The notes beneath the pieces are model-generated. The model was not told where the DNA came from. It ran no database searches and saw only the letters and a list, made by a program, of their open reading frames with translations. A stretch of DNA of 63,963 nt, counting the filler, from an uncultured Methanosarcinales archaeon (GTDB lineage Archaea > Nanobdellota > Nanobdellia > Woesearchaeales > CAYZNE01), in the NCBI GenBank assembly GCA_964405295.1. It is 10 parts of 10 records of this genome, joined end to end, with 100 filler letters (N's around TTAATTAATTAA, not from the genome) between each part and the next. Parts side by side here need not be neighbours in the genome. Positions count along the whole stretch, not along the records: positions 7,602 to 14,973 come from CAYONI010000023.1; positions 15,074 to 22,113 come from CAYONI010000024.1; 8 more parts are not named here. One strand, written 5' to 3'. Positions 10,887-20,137 of the stretch are shown one piece after another; positions within the stretch are counted from its first letter, which is position 1, and each line of letters begins with the position of its first letter. The translations under genes and the position numbers were made by a program.

Positions 10887-12620
10887 TGGGTATTTGTCTT
10901 TTAGTTGTTCTTCTATATAGTCAGACAAATCTTGGTGTTGTGCCAAAGCTTTTCGCACATCTTCGTCCGGTGTTCCTGCCATTATAATGTCGGTGTAGAC
11001 GACTTTGTTTATCGTCCCTTTCCGGTGGTTCCTGTCTTCGCTCTGTGCTCTGTCTATAAATTTGTTTGAGTTCGAGATATAAACGACGTCTGAGCTATGG
11101 ATAAAATCCAGACCGGTACCACCAGTTCCCGGCGTCGCAATAAGATGTGGTACTCTGCCGGTCTCGAAGTCGTCCAATGCTTCTATCCTCTCTTCTCGTG
11201 TCATGGCCCCGTGGAACTTGCCGATAGGAAAGCCCTTTTCGTTTAGTAGCTTGTGCACGGCATGAAGTTCCATTAGATGACAGGTCCAGAAGGTGAAAGG
11301 TTTTTTCGGATTGGACTCCAACAAATAAATAAGTTCCTTGTACTTCGGGTTCTTCTCCGGTGGTATGATCCACTGTCTTTGTCTCTTTCCGTCTTCGTCG
11401 TCGTATGAGATAAATCCTGTCGCTACCTGTCGCAACAGGGCATATATTTGCAAAATCTCTTCGACCACAATTTCGAGATTCTCTCCTGAATCCAGTATGT
11501 CGTTAATGATCACGGCTTTCTTCTTCTTTATATCATTGTATATCTTCTTTTGTTCTGCCGTCATCTGCACAATGATTGGTTCCGTAAAAATCTTTGGTGG
11601 TAGGTCCACCATCTCTTCTTTGGAGACCTGAAAAGTCCACGGTCGGAGCAGCGTCATTAGCTCTTCCACATTGTCGTAGCCAACCACTTCTTTGTTTTCA
11701 AAACCCCCCATCACGGCGTACCTGTGCTTGAAGCTGTAATAGTTACCAATACCAACAATATCCTGACTTAAGAACTGGTACTGCGAATAAAGATCTAAAA
11801 GCCCCGCAGGTGACAGCGTCCCGCTTCCAACGTACCGGTGCGTACACATGCCACCAATGGCTGTAATATTCTTTGTGCGGATGGAGCTTGGCGTCTTTAT
11901 CATATGGGACTCGTCTACAAATATAGCTGTTTTGTTTACCGCAACAAAATCCCAAAGGAACTCAAACGCATTTCCTTTCTGTTCCCCCACACTGAAAGAC
12001 TCGATGCCCATAGAAAGGATCTTCAGGATTTCGGGTTGTGAATCGATAAGGGAACGTGCTTCTCTCTTCTTTGGCTTTGAGTTCAGAATCGGCACTACAG
12101 CTGTCCATCTTTTCGCTTCTAACGGACAGTGCTTTCCTACTTCTTTTATGATCTTGTCAGTAACCGTATTCTTTGTCAGGATGACCATAGCTTCAATCTG
12201 CCCGTCCAAAAACAAAGCCGTCCCGGTCTCTATATATACCTTCGTCTTCCCTGTCCCACGATCCATGGCAAAACAGAAGAAGTTTTTCCCCCAGGATTTG
12301 TTCAAAGCTTCCAATTGCTTCTCCATCGGAAAAACAGTTGGCTTAAATCTATACCATGCCGGGAAAGGAATCTCCCGAACGGCTGTCTTCGCTAAAATCT
12401 TCTCGATAAGGTCGTACACCCGGTCGTCGATCTCGATATTGCTGTCTGGGATGATCGTGCTCCTTACATACTCGGCATTTAGCCTGAGCCCCTGCAAGAA
12501 CCATGCCCCTTTCTTCTTCAAAAATCTTCTGCTTGGTGCATGCTGCACCAACGAATTGAGGTGAAAGGGAATCTCTAACAGAAAATTCTCACATTTAGAA
12601 TCCGTCGTTAAAAAGCCCAT
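10872..12620 (-). CDS. SNF2-like superfamily 2 helicase
   Basis: MDRGTGKT, FVDESH, SGT, GGTGLDF, QSEDRNHRKG. Confidence 0.9.
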   Translation of the reverse strand: MGFLTTDSKCENFLLEIPFHLNSLVQHAPSRRFLKKKGAWFLQGLRLNAEYVRSTIIPDSNIEIDDRVYDLIEKILAKTAVREIPFPAWYRFKPTVFPMEKQLEALNKSWGKNFFCFAMDRGTGKTKVYIETGTALFLDGQIEAMVILTKNTVTDKIIKEVGKHCPLEAKRWTAVVPILNSKPKKREARSLIDSQPEILKILSMGIESFSVGEQKGNAFEFLWDFVAVNKTAIFVDESHMIKTPSSIRTKNITAIGGMCTHRYVGSGTLSPAGLLDLYSQYQFLSQDIVGIGNYYSFKHRYAVMGGFENKEVVGYDNVEELMTLLRPWTFQVSKEEMVDLPPKIFTEPIIVQMTAEQKKIYNDIKKKKAVIINDILDSGENLEIVVEEILQIYALLRQVATGFISYDDEDGKRQRQWIIPPEKNPKYKELIYLLESNPKKPFTFWTCHLMELHAVHKLLNEKGFPIGKFHGAMTREERIEALDDFETGRVPHLIATPGTGGTGLDFIHSSDVVYISNSNKFIDRAQSEDRNHRKGTINKVVYTDIIMAGTPDEDVRKALAQHQDLSDYIEEQLKDKYPLTTL

Positions 12621-12632
12621 CTCTTCTCCTTT

Positions 12633-14180
12633 CTAATATTCTGGTTTAATCTCTATATCCGATGGGTCGTGAACACCGGTCAGATCAAGCGGCACATTCC
12701 ACACCTGTCGTGTAGTGTTACCTATCCTTAAACTTCCGTGTGTAACCCCATGTTTCTTTAAAGCGAACCAGAGATTTGGCCCCTTCAAGTCTTCGGCCCG
12801 ATTCTTCTTCAGAAAGCTTACAAAGTCGGAACCCCTGAAGTAAACGATCTTATCTCCGTTCTTTTCCTGCAGAACCGGTACGCCTCGTAGCAGGAGCTCC
12901 CTTGCTGATGTATCCTTCCCATCAGCATCAAGGTCCGCTCTCTGTAGAAAGAGCATCAATTGCTGCCATACGAGCCCATGCGTTGATGCCTCGTCCGGAG
13001 CGTCTATCACTAATGCCGACTCCATCAGTTTTTGCAGAACCACAACCCAACGTTCGTTCTTCATGGTAGGTATGATCTGTGTCAGCTTGTCGGCTACGGC
13101 TTCACGAACTTTCCGGTGGTCCATCAGCTCCGGTGTCGTGACGTTGACCTCAACACCATCTATATCCAGACCCCACTTGACGGGTTCGGTCATGTATTTT
13201 CTTAGCTGATTAAAATTTGGGTGTTTACCCATGTTTAGCTCTGATTTTTCATCCGGCGTGATACCGAACTTTCGCTCTACGCAGACATAAGAGTTGCACC
13301 GAGAGCGGCACGGTTCTTCTTTGCACTTGTACCTGTATTCTCTCCGTGCCACAGACGCTATGGTTTTCTTCGCTTCGCTATGAGCGAGTGGTGGAGAAAG
13401 GACTCTGGCATTCATGTCGAAGGCTTTGTCTCTCCACGTCTCCGGATATGCCTGTTTCAGGTAGATGCTTAAGTTATAGAGTGCGTTGTTCCTCATACCG
13501 ATTGGTACACCTGAAGAGATCATCCGATGTATGCACGGGGGAGCTCCCTCATGATCCCCCTCGCTCTTTTCCACCAGAAGGGGTGCTGTTATCCTTCTTG
13601 ATTCAGCAACCTCAAGGAAATAATCAAAGGTGATCTTCTTTCCGCCCTCTACGGCATAACGTTCGCTCTTGTCACCACCAAAGTAACACAAATTAATCCA
13701 GTTGCCGTACTGTCGCCCCTCTTTCTCTTTGATCAGCTTGTCCTGCTTTGGGAAGACTTCAGCACCAGAATATCCAAGCTGAACAGCCCACTTGTTCATG
13801 ACTGAACGGACTAAGCTGCAGGACACGGGTTCTGTGCAAAAGAGATAAAGATGTGCGCCGCCGGATTTCGACCGGCATAACGTCAGCGGGAGATCCGCTT
13901 CTGTGATCTCTCTTTCGAGTTCATAAAGATCAATGTTGTCGTCTTCCCCGTGAATGTCGATGTCGATTGCCGCCCAGAGGCATGTATTGTCGTCTAAAAT
14001 CGGTACGAGCCCGAGACCCTTTGTCCCTTTGATGTGCTGTTCGAAAAGATCTTTTGTCACCAACTTCTTGACCGAGAACATCTTCTTATCACCCTTATTC
14101 TTCGGGTCAAACACACCATAGCTTCGTGTGTTTGCCTGAAAAAGACGCATGAATCTCTCTATTCTACCAATCTCTGCCAT
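12633..14180 (-). CDS. Archaeo-eukaryotic primase (PrimPol-like) with PriCT-like Cys-rich domain
   Basis: AEP motifs AIDIDIH, SKSGGAHLYLF, EVFPKQ; PPC...RNNAL...YKC...C...C; RBS AGGAG. Confidence 0.85.
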   Translation of the reverse strand: MAEIGRIERFMRLFQANTRSYGVFDPKNKGDKKMFSVKKLVTKDLFEQHIKGTKGLGLVPILDDNTCLWAAIDIDIHGEDDNIDLYELEREITEADLPLTLCRSKSGGAHLYLFCTEPVSCSLVRSVMNKWAVQLGYSGAEVFPKQDKLIKEKEGRQYGNWINLCYFGGDKSERYAVEGGKKITFDYFLEVAESRRITAPLLVEKSEGDHEGAPPCIHRMISSGVPIGMRNNALYNLSIYLKQAYPETWRDKAFDMNARVLSPPLAHSEAKKTIASVARREYRYKCKEEPCRSRCNSYVCVERKFGITPDEKSELNMGKHPNFNQLRKYMTEPVKWGLDIDGVEVNVTTPELMDHRKVREAVADKLTQIIPTMKNERWVVVLQKLMESALVIDAPDEASTHGLVWQQLMLFLQRADLDADGKDTSARELLLRGVPVLQEKNGDKIVYFRGSDFVSFLKKNRAEDLKGPNLWFALKKHGVTHGSLRIGNTTRQVWNVPLDLTGVHDPSDIEIKPEY

Positions 14181-14218
14181 TTCTTCTCCTTTCTTAATTA
14201 TTGTTCATCACTACAGCC

Positions 14219-14247
14219 AGTATACCACAAGTGTCCGCTCGTGTCAA
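14219..14247 (-). promoter_or_regulatory. Leftward sigma70-type promoter for the replication operon
   Basis: TTGACA-CGAGCGGACACTTGTGG-TATACT (17-nt spacer, extended -10). Confidence 0.8.
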
Positions 14248-14477
14248 CATTTATTTGAGATTGCAGCTTCCTTTTTTATAAAAGACGGAAAGCTGTCCAT
14301 ACAGACGGCTTTCCGGAGATATCACTACATCACTACATAGTGCGTTGATGGCTTAAGGGACGGGCCTTCATTATCAGACACCATGTAGTGACCTTAAGTT
14401 GCTGTAACCACTACACACTGTCTCAAGAGACTATTTTTTCTCTTCTTCTAAAAAAGGTTTGTTGTGTCAAATAGGTA

Positions 14478-14506
14478 TTGACACAAGTAGACGCCTGTGG
14501 TACAAT
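14478..14506 (+). promoter_or_regulatory. Rightward sigma70-type promoter with overlapping palindrome
   Basis: TTGACA-CAAGTAGACGCCTGTGG-TACAAT; 9-bp inverted repeat TTGTGTCAA-7-TTGACACAA (14462-14486) covers the -35. Confidence 0.8.
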
Positions 14507-14683
14507 AGTTCTGAATTAAGTACGGACAGAATAAAAGAAATAATTAAATCAGGGGAGTGAGCTGAGGATAAACAGCGCCGCATTCGTGGAAAGGATAAAG
14601 ACATAGGCCATTGTCTCCTCCTAATAAACTCGGACACCAAAAAGCGGTGCCGGTTATTTGAACGTTAGAAGGGTTTATTAATT

Positions 14684-14899
14684 ATGAATAATTGGCAAAA
14701 AATAAATTACAAGTTTTTCCTTGCAAATGACAATCTTACGGATAGTCCAGAGCTACGCGAGGCATATATGTCGGGGTTTAATTTGGCTGAACATATTAGA
14801 ATATATGGATACCCGGACACCCACAAACCTTCTAACAAATCAATACAGACGGACACAGATACCGAGGCAGGACAAGCGGTGCGCCATAACAGGAGTTAA
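14684..14899 (+). CDS. Small hypothetical phage protein reading through an attC-like sequence
   Basis: ORF downstream of the rightward promoter; its C-terminal PSNKSIQTD is a translated attC-like left half. Confidence 0.45.
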   Translation: MNNWQKINYKFFLANDNLTDSPELREAYMSGFNLAEHIRIYGYPDTHKPSNKSIQTDTDTEAGQAVRHNRS

Positions 14900-14973
14900 A
14901 TTAACAGAATGAAAAGATATCTTGATCAATTAATTTTAAAAAATCACGAATCATGGGTGGATGGTATATTTGA

Positions 14974-15073
14974 NNNNNNNNNNNNNNNNNNNNNNNNNNN
15001 NNNNNNNNNNNNNNNNNTTAATTAATTAANNNNNNNNNNNNNNNNNNNNNNNNNNNNNNNNNNNNNNNNNNNN
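14974..15073. other. Artificial contig spacer
   Basis: Same 100-bp N/TTAATTAATTAA linker. Confidence 0.99.
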
Positions 15074-15990
15074 AGTTTAATAAATATAAAGTTACATCAT
15101 TTTCAATTTCCAATTTTGATGAAAATGACAAAATATGTTATTACGATATAGTATTTGAATATATTTATAAAGATACTCCTTTGAAAGTTAACGTTTCCGC
15201 AAAAATACTATTTGAAAATAACAAGATAATTCGTGTTTATGAATTACTTTATAATCCTAAAAATACTAGAGTTAAATGTATAGTTTCTTATGATGGGTCA
15301 GCTTTTTACGGTTTTCAAAAACAACCCAACGAAAGAACAGTTCAAGGAGACATTGAAAAGGGATTGAAATATCTAACAAAAGAAGATATCACAATCCATT
15401 CAAGTGGTAGAACAGATAAAGGTGTTCATGCTTTAAATCAGGTATTTCATTTTGATACTTTGAGCAAAATTGATCCTAATGATTTTTGGAGAGTATTGAG
15501 AAGCTATTTACCTGATACAATTTATATTAAATCAAGTTCAAAAGTTCAAAATACTTTTCACAGTAGATATGATGTTGTTTCAAAAGAATATATGTATGTT
15601 ATTAACTATAAGGAATATGATCCAATAAAGAGAAACTATGAATGGTTTGTAGATGATTTTGATATTGATTTATTTACAAGTGAGCTGAATAAAATTGTTG
15701 GTACACATGATTTTTCAAGTTTTACAAAAGCTATTGTAGATAGAGAGAAAATAAGAAAAATTATTAACGTAAAGATTGAAAAAACAAATTCTCACTTATA
15801 TGTTTCTATAATTGGAAAAGGCTTTTTAAGATATATGGTGAGATATATAATTGGTACATTAATAGAAATTTCTACAGGAAATACAGAACTTTCAATTATT
15901 GATTATATAAATTTGAAAAATCCATCAGAAGTCAAATGGAAAGCTCCAGGCGGAGGGCTATATTTGAAAGAAGTGATTCATGTTGAATAA
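15074..15990 (+). CDS. truA: tRNA pseudouridine(38-40) synthase with N-terminal extension (5'-partial)
   Basis: SYDGSAFYGFQKQ, SGRTDKGVHA, GTHDFSSF, GFLRYMVR, APGGGLYL; frame open back to the contig edge. Confidence 0.93.
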
Positions 15991-16040
15991 TATTATGCAC
16001 ATAAAATTTAACGAAATTAGCAAGATTTAGATTAAAAAAC

Positions 16041-16077
16041 AAAAGATATTCTCATTTAATTGAGAATATCTTTTTTT
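16041..16077. terminator. Bidirectional intrinsic terminator
   Basis: AAAAGATATTCTCA-TTTAAT-TGAGAATATCTTTT between convergent truA and pmbA. Confidence 0.8.
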
Positions 16078-16078
16078 A

Positions 16079-17383
16079 TTAATTTCCAACTATTGTAACA
16101 TTTTTGATTTTTATAATTTTAGGACCAATAAATCCATTGAGTTTTTGAAGTTCTTTTGAGAAATACATCTCTTGTTCAACCTTAGTTGCATTTCCAGTAA
16201 TACTACCCAAAGTTACTGGAGTAGTTGTTTTCCCATCGAAATATAGACCGAGTCTAATTTCTCCACCAAAGTTTCCAGTAAGGGCATCCATTTGGAAATC
16301 TGAGAAATTAAGTAATTTTAAATGGGGATCCTTAGTTAACTCTTCCATTGATTTACTACCTGCTTCTATAATAATATTAGTTATTCCACCAGTTGCTTCA
16401 ATCTTAAGATAATCTGCGTATCTCTTAGTAGCTAGGAATCTAAGTAGTTTTCCATCTTCAACCAGTTTAATTTCTTTTAAGAATAAACCATCTGAATCAT
16501 AATATTTAGAACGAGTAGAATTCTTAATATTTGGGTTCAATCTTCCACTTACTTTGTCTCCAATGATATTTCCAGATTGAATATAATCTCCGATTTTAAC
16601 ATTAGAAATTCCTGTGTAAACTAATTCTGATGATGCTTTTATTCCGTAGTAATTAAAGAAAGTTTTTACGGCCTCTCCTGTCAGAATTATCGGAATATCT
16701 TTAACTGCTATAAGAGGCACAGCTTGAGCTCTAAGTTTTGTTTTGAGTAATGTTTCTTTAACATTTTCCTTTATCCAAAGAGCATCGTAGTCTGAAAAGT
16801 CTAGTACTTCAAATAATTCAACCTCTTCGACTCCTAGTTTAGATTCAGTTACTAATTCAATCTGTCCACTATATGCATCATACTCAACATCTAAACCTTT
16901 TGAATTTGCTATTCTAATATGTTTTTCATTTATGAAGAATTCACAAGAATTAATGTATGCACCTTCAACAACATTATCCTCACTGTATAAATCTTTAACC
17001 AAGTTTGAAATATGTTTTATTATATTACCTTCTCCAAACTTGCTTTCTAGTTTTTTAGGTACATCATTAGTTGGTTCTACAAGATCATAATATTCATTGT
17101 AAACAAATGATGCGGCTAGTGATGCATTATCTACTTTTTTACTTATTTCTTCAAGCGTCATAGTTGGAGAAACTTTTGTATTGCTAGAACCTTTGTATTT
17201 TTTCCCATCTTTTTCAAAGTTACGATAAACTGTTAGGTTAATATGTAAAACATCTTTACCTCTTGTCATATCTAACTTATCTTTAATGAAAAATAATTCT
17301 GTAGATGTAGTCTTGATTTCAGTTATTTTATATTCATCAACATTGTTCTTGCTTTCAAGTAATTCAATAATATTTTTTATCAT
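16079..17383 (-). CDS. pmbA: TldE/PmbA-family metalloprotease subunit
   Basis: YDSDG...LVEDGKL, ATGGITN, TGNFGGEIR; lacks HExxH; ATG overlaps the tldD stop (TAATG). Confidence 0.8.
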   Translation of the reverse strand: MIKNIIELLESKNNVDEYKITEIKTTSTELFFIKDKLDMTRGKDVLHINLTVYRNFEKDGKKYKGSSNTKVSPTMTLEEISKKVDNASLAASFVYNEYYDLVEPTNDVPKKLESKFGEGNIIKHISNLVKDLYSEDNVVEGAYINSCEFFINEKHIRIANSKGLDVEYDAYSGQIELVTESKLGVEEVELFEVLDFSDYDALWIKENVKETLLKTKLRAQAVPLIAVKDIPIILTGEAVKTFFNYYGIKASSELVYTGISNVKIGDYIQSGNIIGDKVSGRLNPNIKNSTRSKYYDSDGLFLKEIKLVEDGKLLRFLATKRYADYLKIEATGGITNIIIEAGSKSMEELTKDPHLKLLNFSDFQMDALTGNFGGEIRLGLYFDGKTTTPVTLGSITGNATKVEQEMYFSKELQKLNGFIGPKIIKIKNVTIVGN

Positions 17384-18813
17384 TATCCTAATCTCCCGAC
17401 TGCTTTGATGTAGGTTCCACCTGTAGAAGTTTTTACCCATTCTTTGTAACCTTTACCACAAGCTCCAGTTCCACTAAGTACCATATCATCATTTGATGAA
17501 ACCATAGAGATAGATTTAAGTAGATCAGGAACATAACCAGTTAACAATACTGGGCTAACTACTTTTCCAGAAAACTTTCCATCAATTATTTCTCTACCTT
17601 TGGCTATCATACATTGAATTCCCCAATTTTTAGGGTCTTCCATACCACTAAAATAGCCTTCTAATATATATCCTTTTTTGATTGATTTTATCATATCATC
17701 TAAAGAATCAGTTCCACCTTCAAAGAAAGTATTAGTCATACGTGCATAAGCTTTTCTTTCAAAGCTTTCTCGTCTTCCGTTTCCAGTTGGAACAGTTCCA
17801 AGCTTAAGCGCACTTAATAAATCACTAATTCCTGATTTTAAGATGCTGTTTTCTATAATTAAAGTATCTGTTCCTAAAGTACCTTCATCATCAAATAAAT
17901 AAGTTCCTACTTCAACAGCACTTTTAGCACCATCATGCATATTTACTTTTTTACCAGCAATTTCTTTACCTAAAAATTCTTCGCCTTTAGAACGATTTTT
18001 TACAAACATATCCATTTCTACACCGTGTCCAAAAGCTTCGTGAGCAATTAAACCACTTACTGCAGGATCACAAATAATATCATATTCACCAGGTTTAATT
18101 CTTTTCGCACCATACAAGCTAATAACGCTGTTAGCTACAACATCAATCTTATCTTTTGCTTGATCGAAAATCTCATAACCTATAAGCCCACTAAATCCTT
18201 CATAGTCATATTTAACTTTTTCATCTTTTCGAGCTATTGCGACAAGAGTCATATTAGTATACAAAATACTTTGTTCTAAGTCTTTTTTATCAGAAATAAA
18301 TATTTTTGATATTTTTACTTCTTCATAACTAACTCTAAAATCTACGAAAAATTCATTTTTCTTGATTCCTTCATTCATTATTTCTGTCATTCGTCCAAGT
18401 TTTTCTTCACTTGAAACTATAAAAGGATCTTGTTCGAATTCAGAATAAAAACTATCTGTTACTTGTTTTTCAGTAATTAGAGGGTATTCACTAAACTTGA
18501 TACCATTCCCTTTTAAAACTGAATAATCTTTTACTGCTATTTCTCTAATTCTGTTTTTAATAGTTTCTATGTCATCTAAAGTGTTAAAAGAATATTCACT
18601 ATAATTGAAACCATTGTATACTCTAATAACAAAACCTCTTTCACTCCAATTTGAATCACCAACACTACTTGAAGTTTTTGATACACTATAAGCATTCCCT
18701 ATTGTGTCAGCTCCTAGAACACTTACATATTTAAATTCATTACTTAAATCAGCTACTAGTTGTTTAATAACTTTTTTCTGTTTAACTAAATAGCTACTTA
18801 ATTTTGCTTTCAT
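17383..18813 (-). CDS. tldD: TldD-family metalloprotease
   Basis: HEAFGHGVE zinc motif, FDDEG, TGNGRRES, RMTNTF, GACGKG. Confidence 0.92.
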   Translation of the reverse strand: MKAKLSSYLVKQKKVIKQLVADLSNEFKYVSVLGADTIGNAYSVSKTSSSVGDSNWSERGFVIRVYNGFNYSEYSFNTLDDIETIKNRIREIAVKDYSVLKGNGIKFSEYPLITEKQVTDSFYSEFEQDPFIVSSEEKLGRMTEIMNEGIKKNEFFVDFRVSYEEVKISKIFISDKKDLEQSILYTNMTLVAIARKDEKVKYDYEGFSGLIGYEIFDQAKDKIDVVANSVISLYGAKRIKPGEYDIICDPAVSGLIAHEAFGHGVEMDMFVKNRSKGEEFLGKEIAGKKVNMHDGAKSAVEVGTYLFDDEGTLGTDTLIIENSILKSGISDLLSALKLGTVPTGNGRRESFERKAYARMTNTFFEGGTDSLDDMIKSIKKGYILEGYFSGMEDPKNWGIQCMIAKGREIIDGKFSGKVVSPVLLTGYVPDLLKSISMVSSNDDMVLSGTGACGKGYKEWVKTSTGGTYIKAVGRLG

Positions 18814-18967
18814 TTTTACACCTCGCTTATGAATAGTATAAACTATATCAGGTTATTGTGCAATACACAGTTAACATTATTTTTGTCATTCTAATTAATA
18901 AAAAAAATGTAATTTTGATGATAAAATTGATATTATAGTGTTATAATTGTTTTAAGAGGTGATTTTT

Positions 18968-20128
18968 ATGAAGAATTTTTATTATTACAATTCAACTAAG
19001 ATATATTTTGGGAAAAATGAAGTTGATAAAATCGGTAAACTTTCCAAAGAATTTGGAGATAAAGTTTTATTAGTTTACGGGAAAAGCAGTATTAAAAGAA
19101 CTGGATTGTATGATAGAGTTATCAAACTATTAAAAGCTGAAAATATTAATGTATTTGAACTAGGAGGCATTGATCCTAATCCTCGTATAGAGTCTATAAG
19201 AGAAGGTGGAGACCTTTGTAAGAAACATAATATTGATTTAGTACTTGGAGTTGGTGGAGGGTCAGTAATTGATGCTTCTAAAGGTATTGCATCAGCTGCA
19301 ATGTATGACGGTGATCCATGGGATTTTTATTCTTACAAAGTTGAATCTAAAGGGGCATTACCTATTGCTTCAATAGTAACATTAGCAGCAACTGGTTCTG
19401 AGATGAATGCTGGAACTGTTGTTACTAATCAAGAAACAAAAGAGAAAAATGGTTGGGGATCTGATTTCACAAATCCTAAGTTTTCTATTTTAGATCCTAC
19501 ACTTACATATACAGTATCTAAACATCAAACTGCATGTGGTATTGTTGATTCTCTAACTCATGTTTATGAGTTTTATTTTAGTAATGAAAAATCATATTTA
19601 AATGATCGTATTTGTGAAGCAATTATGAAAACTGTAATTCATTATGGACCAATCGCTTTTAATGAACCCGAAAACTACGAAGCAAGAGCAAACTTGATGT
19701 TTTCAAGTACATTAGCATTAAATGGTTTAACAGGATTCTCTAAAGATTTTGAAGGATTTAACCATGTTACTGAACATGTATTAAGTGCATATTATGATAT
19801 TGCTCATGCGGATGGGCTTTCAATACTAGCTCCATATTGGATGAAACAAATATTAAGTGAAGAAAATTTAGAAAAGTTTTATGAATTTGCTGTTAATGTT
19901 TGGGGAATTGAACCTGAAGAAAACAAAGCATACGTAGCCGCTTTAGGAATATCAAAAGTATTTGAATTTTATCATTCGCTTGGTATGCCTCGTACGTTGA
20001 GAGCTGTAGGAATTAAAAATCCTGATTTTGAGTTATTAGCTTCTAAAGCAGTAAAAGGGAAAACTTTGGGTAAATTTGTACCATTAACAAAAGATGATGT
20101 TAAACATATATTAATGTTTGCTGAATAG
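18968..20128 (+). CDS. Iron-containing alcohol dehydrogenase (butanol dehydrogenase-like)
   Basis: DPNPR, GGGSVIDASK, TLAATGSEMN, D..TH..E, H..EH..SA.YDIAH. Confidence 0.92.
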   Translation: MKNFYYYNSTKIYFGKNEVDKIGKLSKEFGDKVLLVYGKSSIKRTGLYDRVIKLLKAENINVFELGGIDPNPRIESIREGGDLCKKHNIDLVLGVGGGSVIDASKGIASAAMYDGDPWDFYSYKVESKGALPIASIVTLAATGSEMNAGTVVTNQETKEKNGWGSDFTNPKFSILDPTLTYTVSKHQTACGIVDSLTHVYEFYFSNEKSYLNDRICEAIMKTVIHYGPIAFNEPENYEARANLMFSSTLALNGLTGFSKDFEGFNHVTEHVLSAYYDIAHADGLSILAPYWMKQILSEENLEKFYEFAVNVWGIEPEENKAYVAALGISKVFEFYHSLGMPRTLRAVGIKNPDFELLASKAVKGKTLGKFVPLTKDDVKHILMFAE

Positions 20129-20137
20129 GAGGGTATT

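Noticed and set aside
11848..12564. 238-aa plus-strand ORF and similar shadow ORFs elsewhere
   Set aside because: Antisense to well-supported genes, with no motifs.
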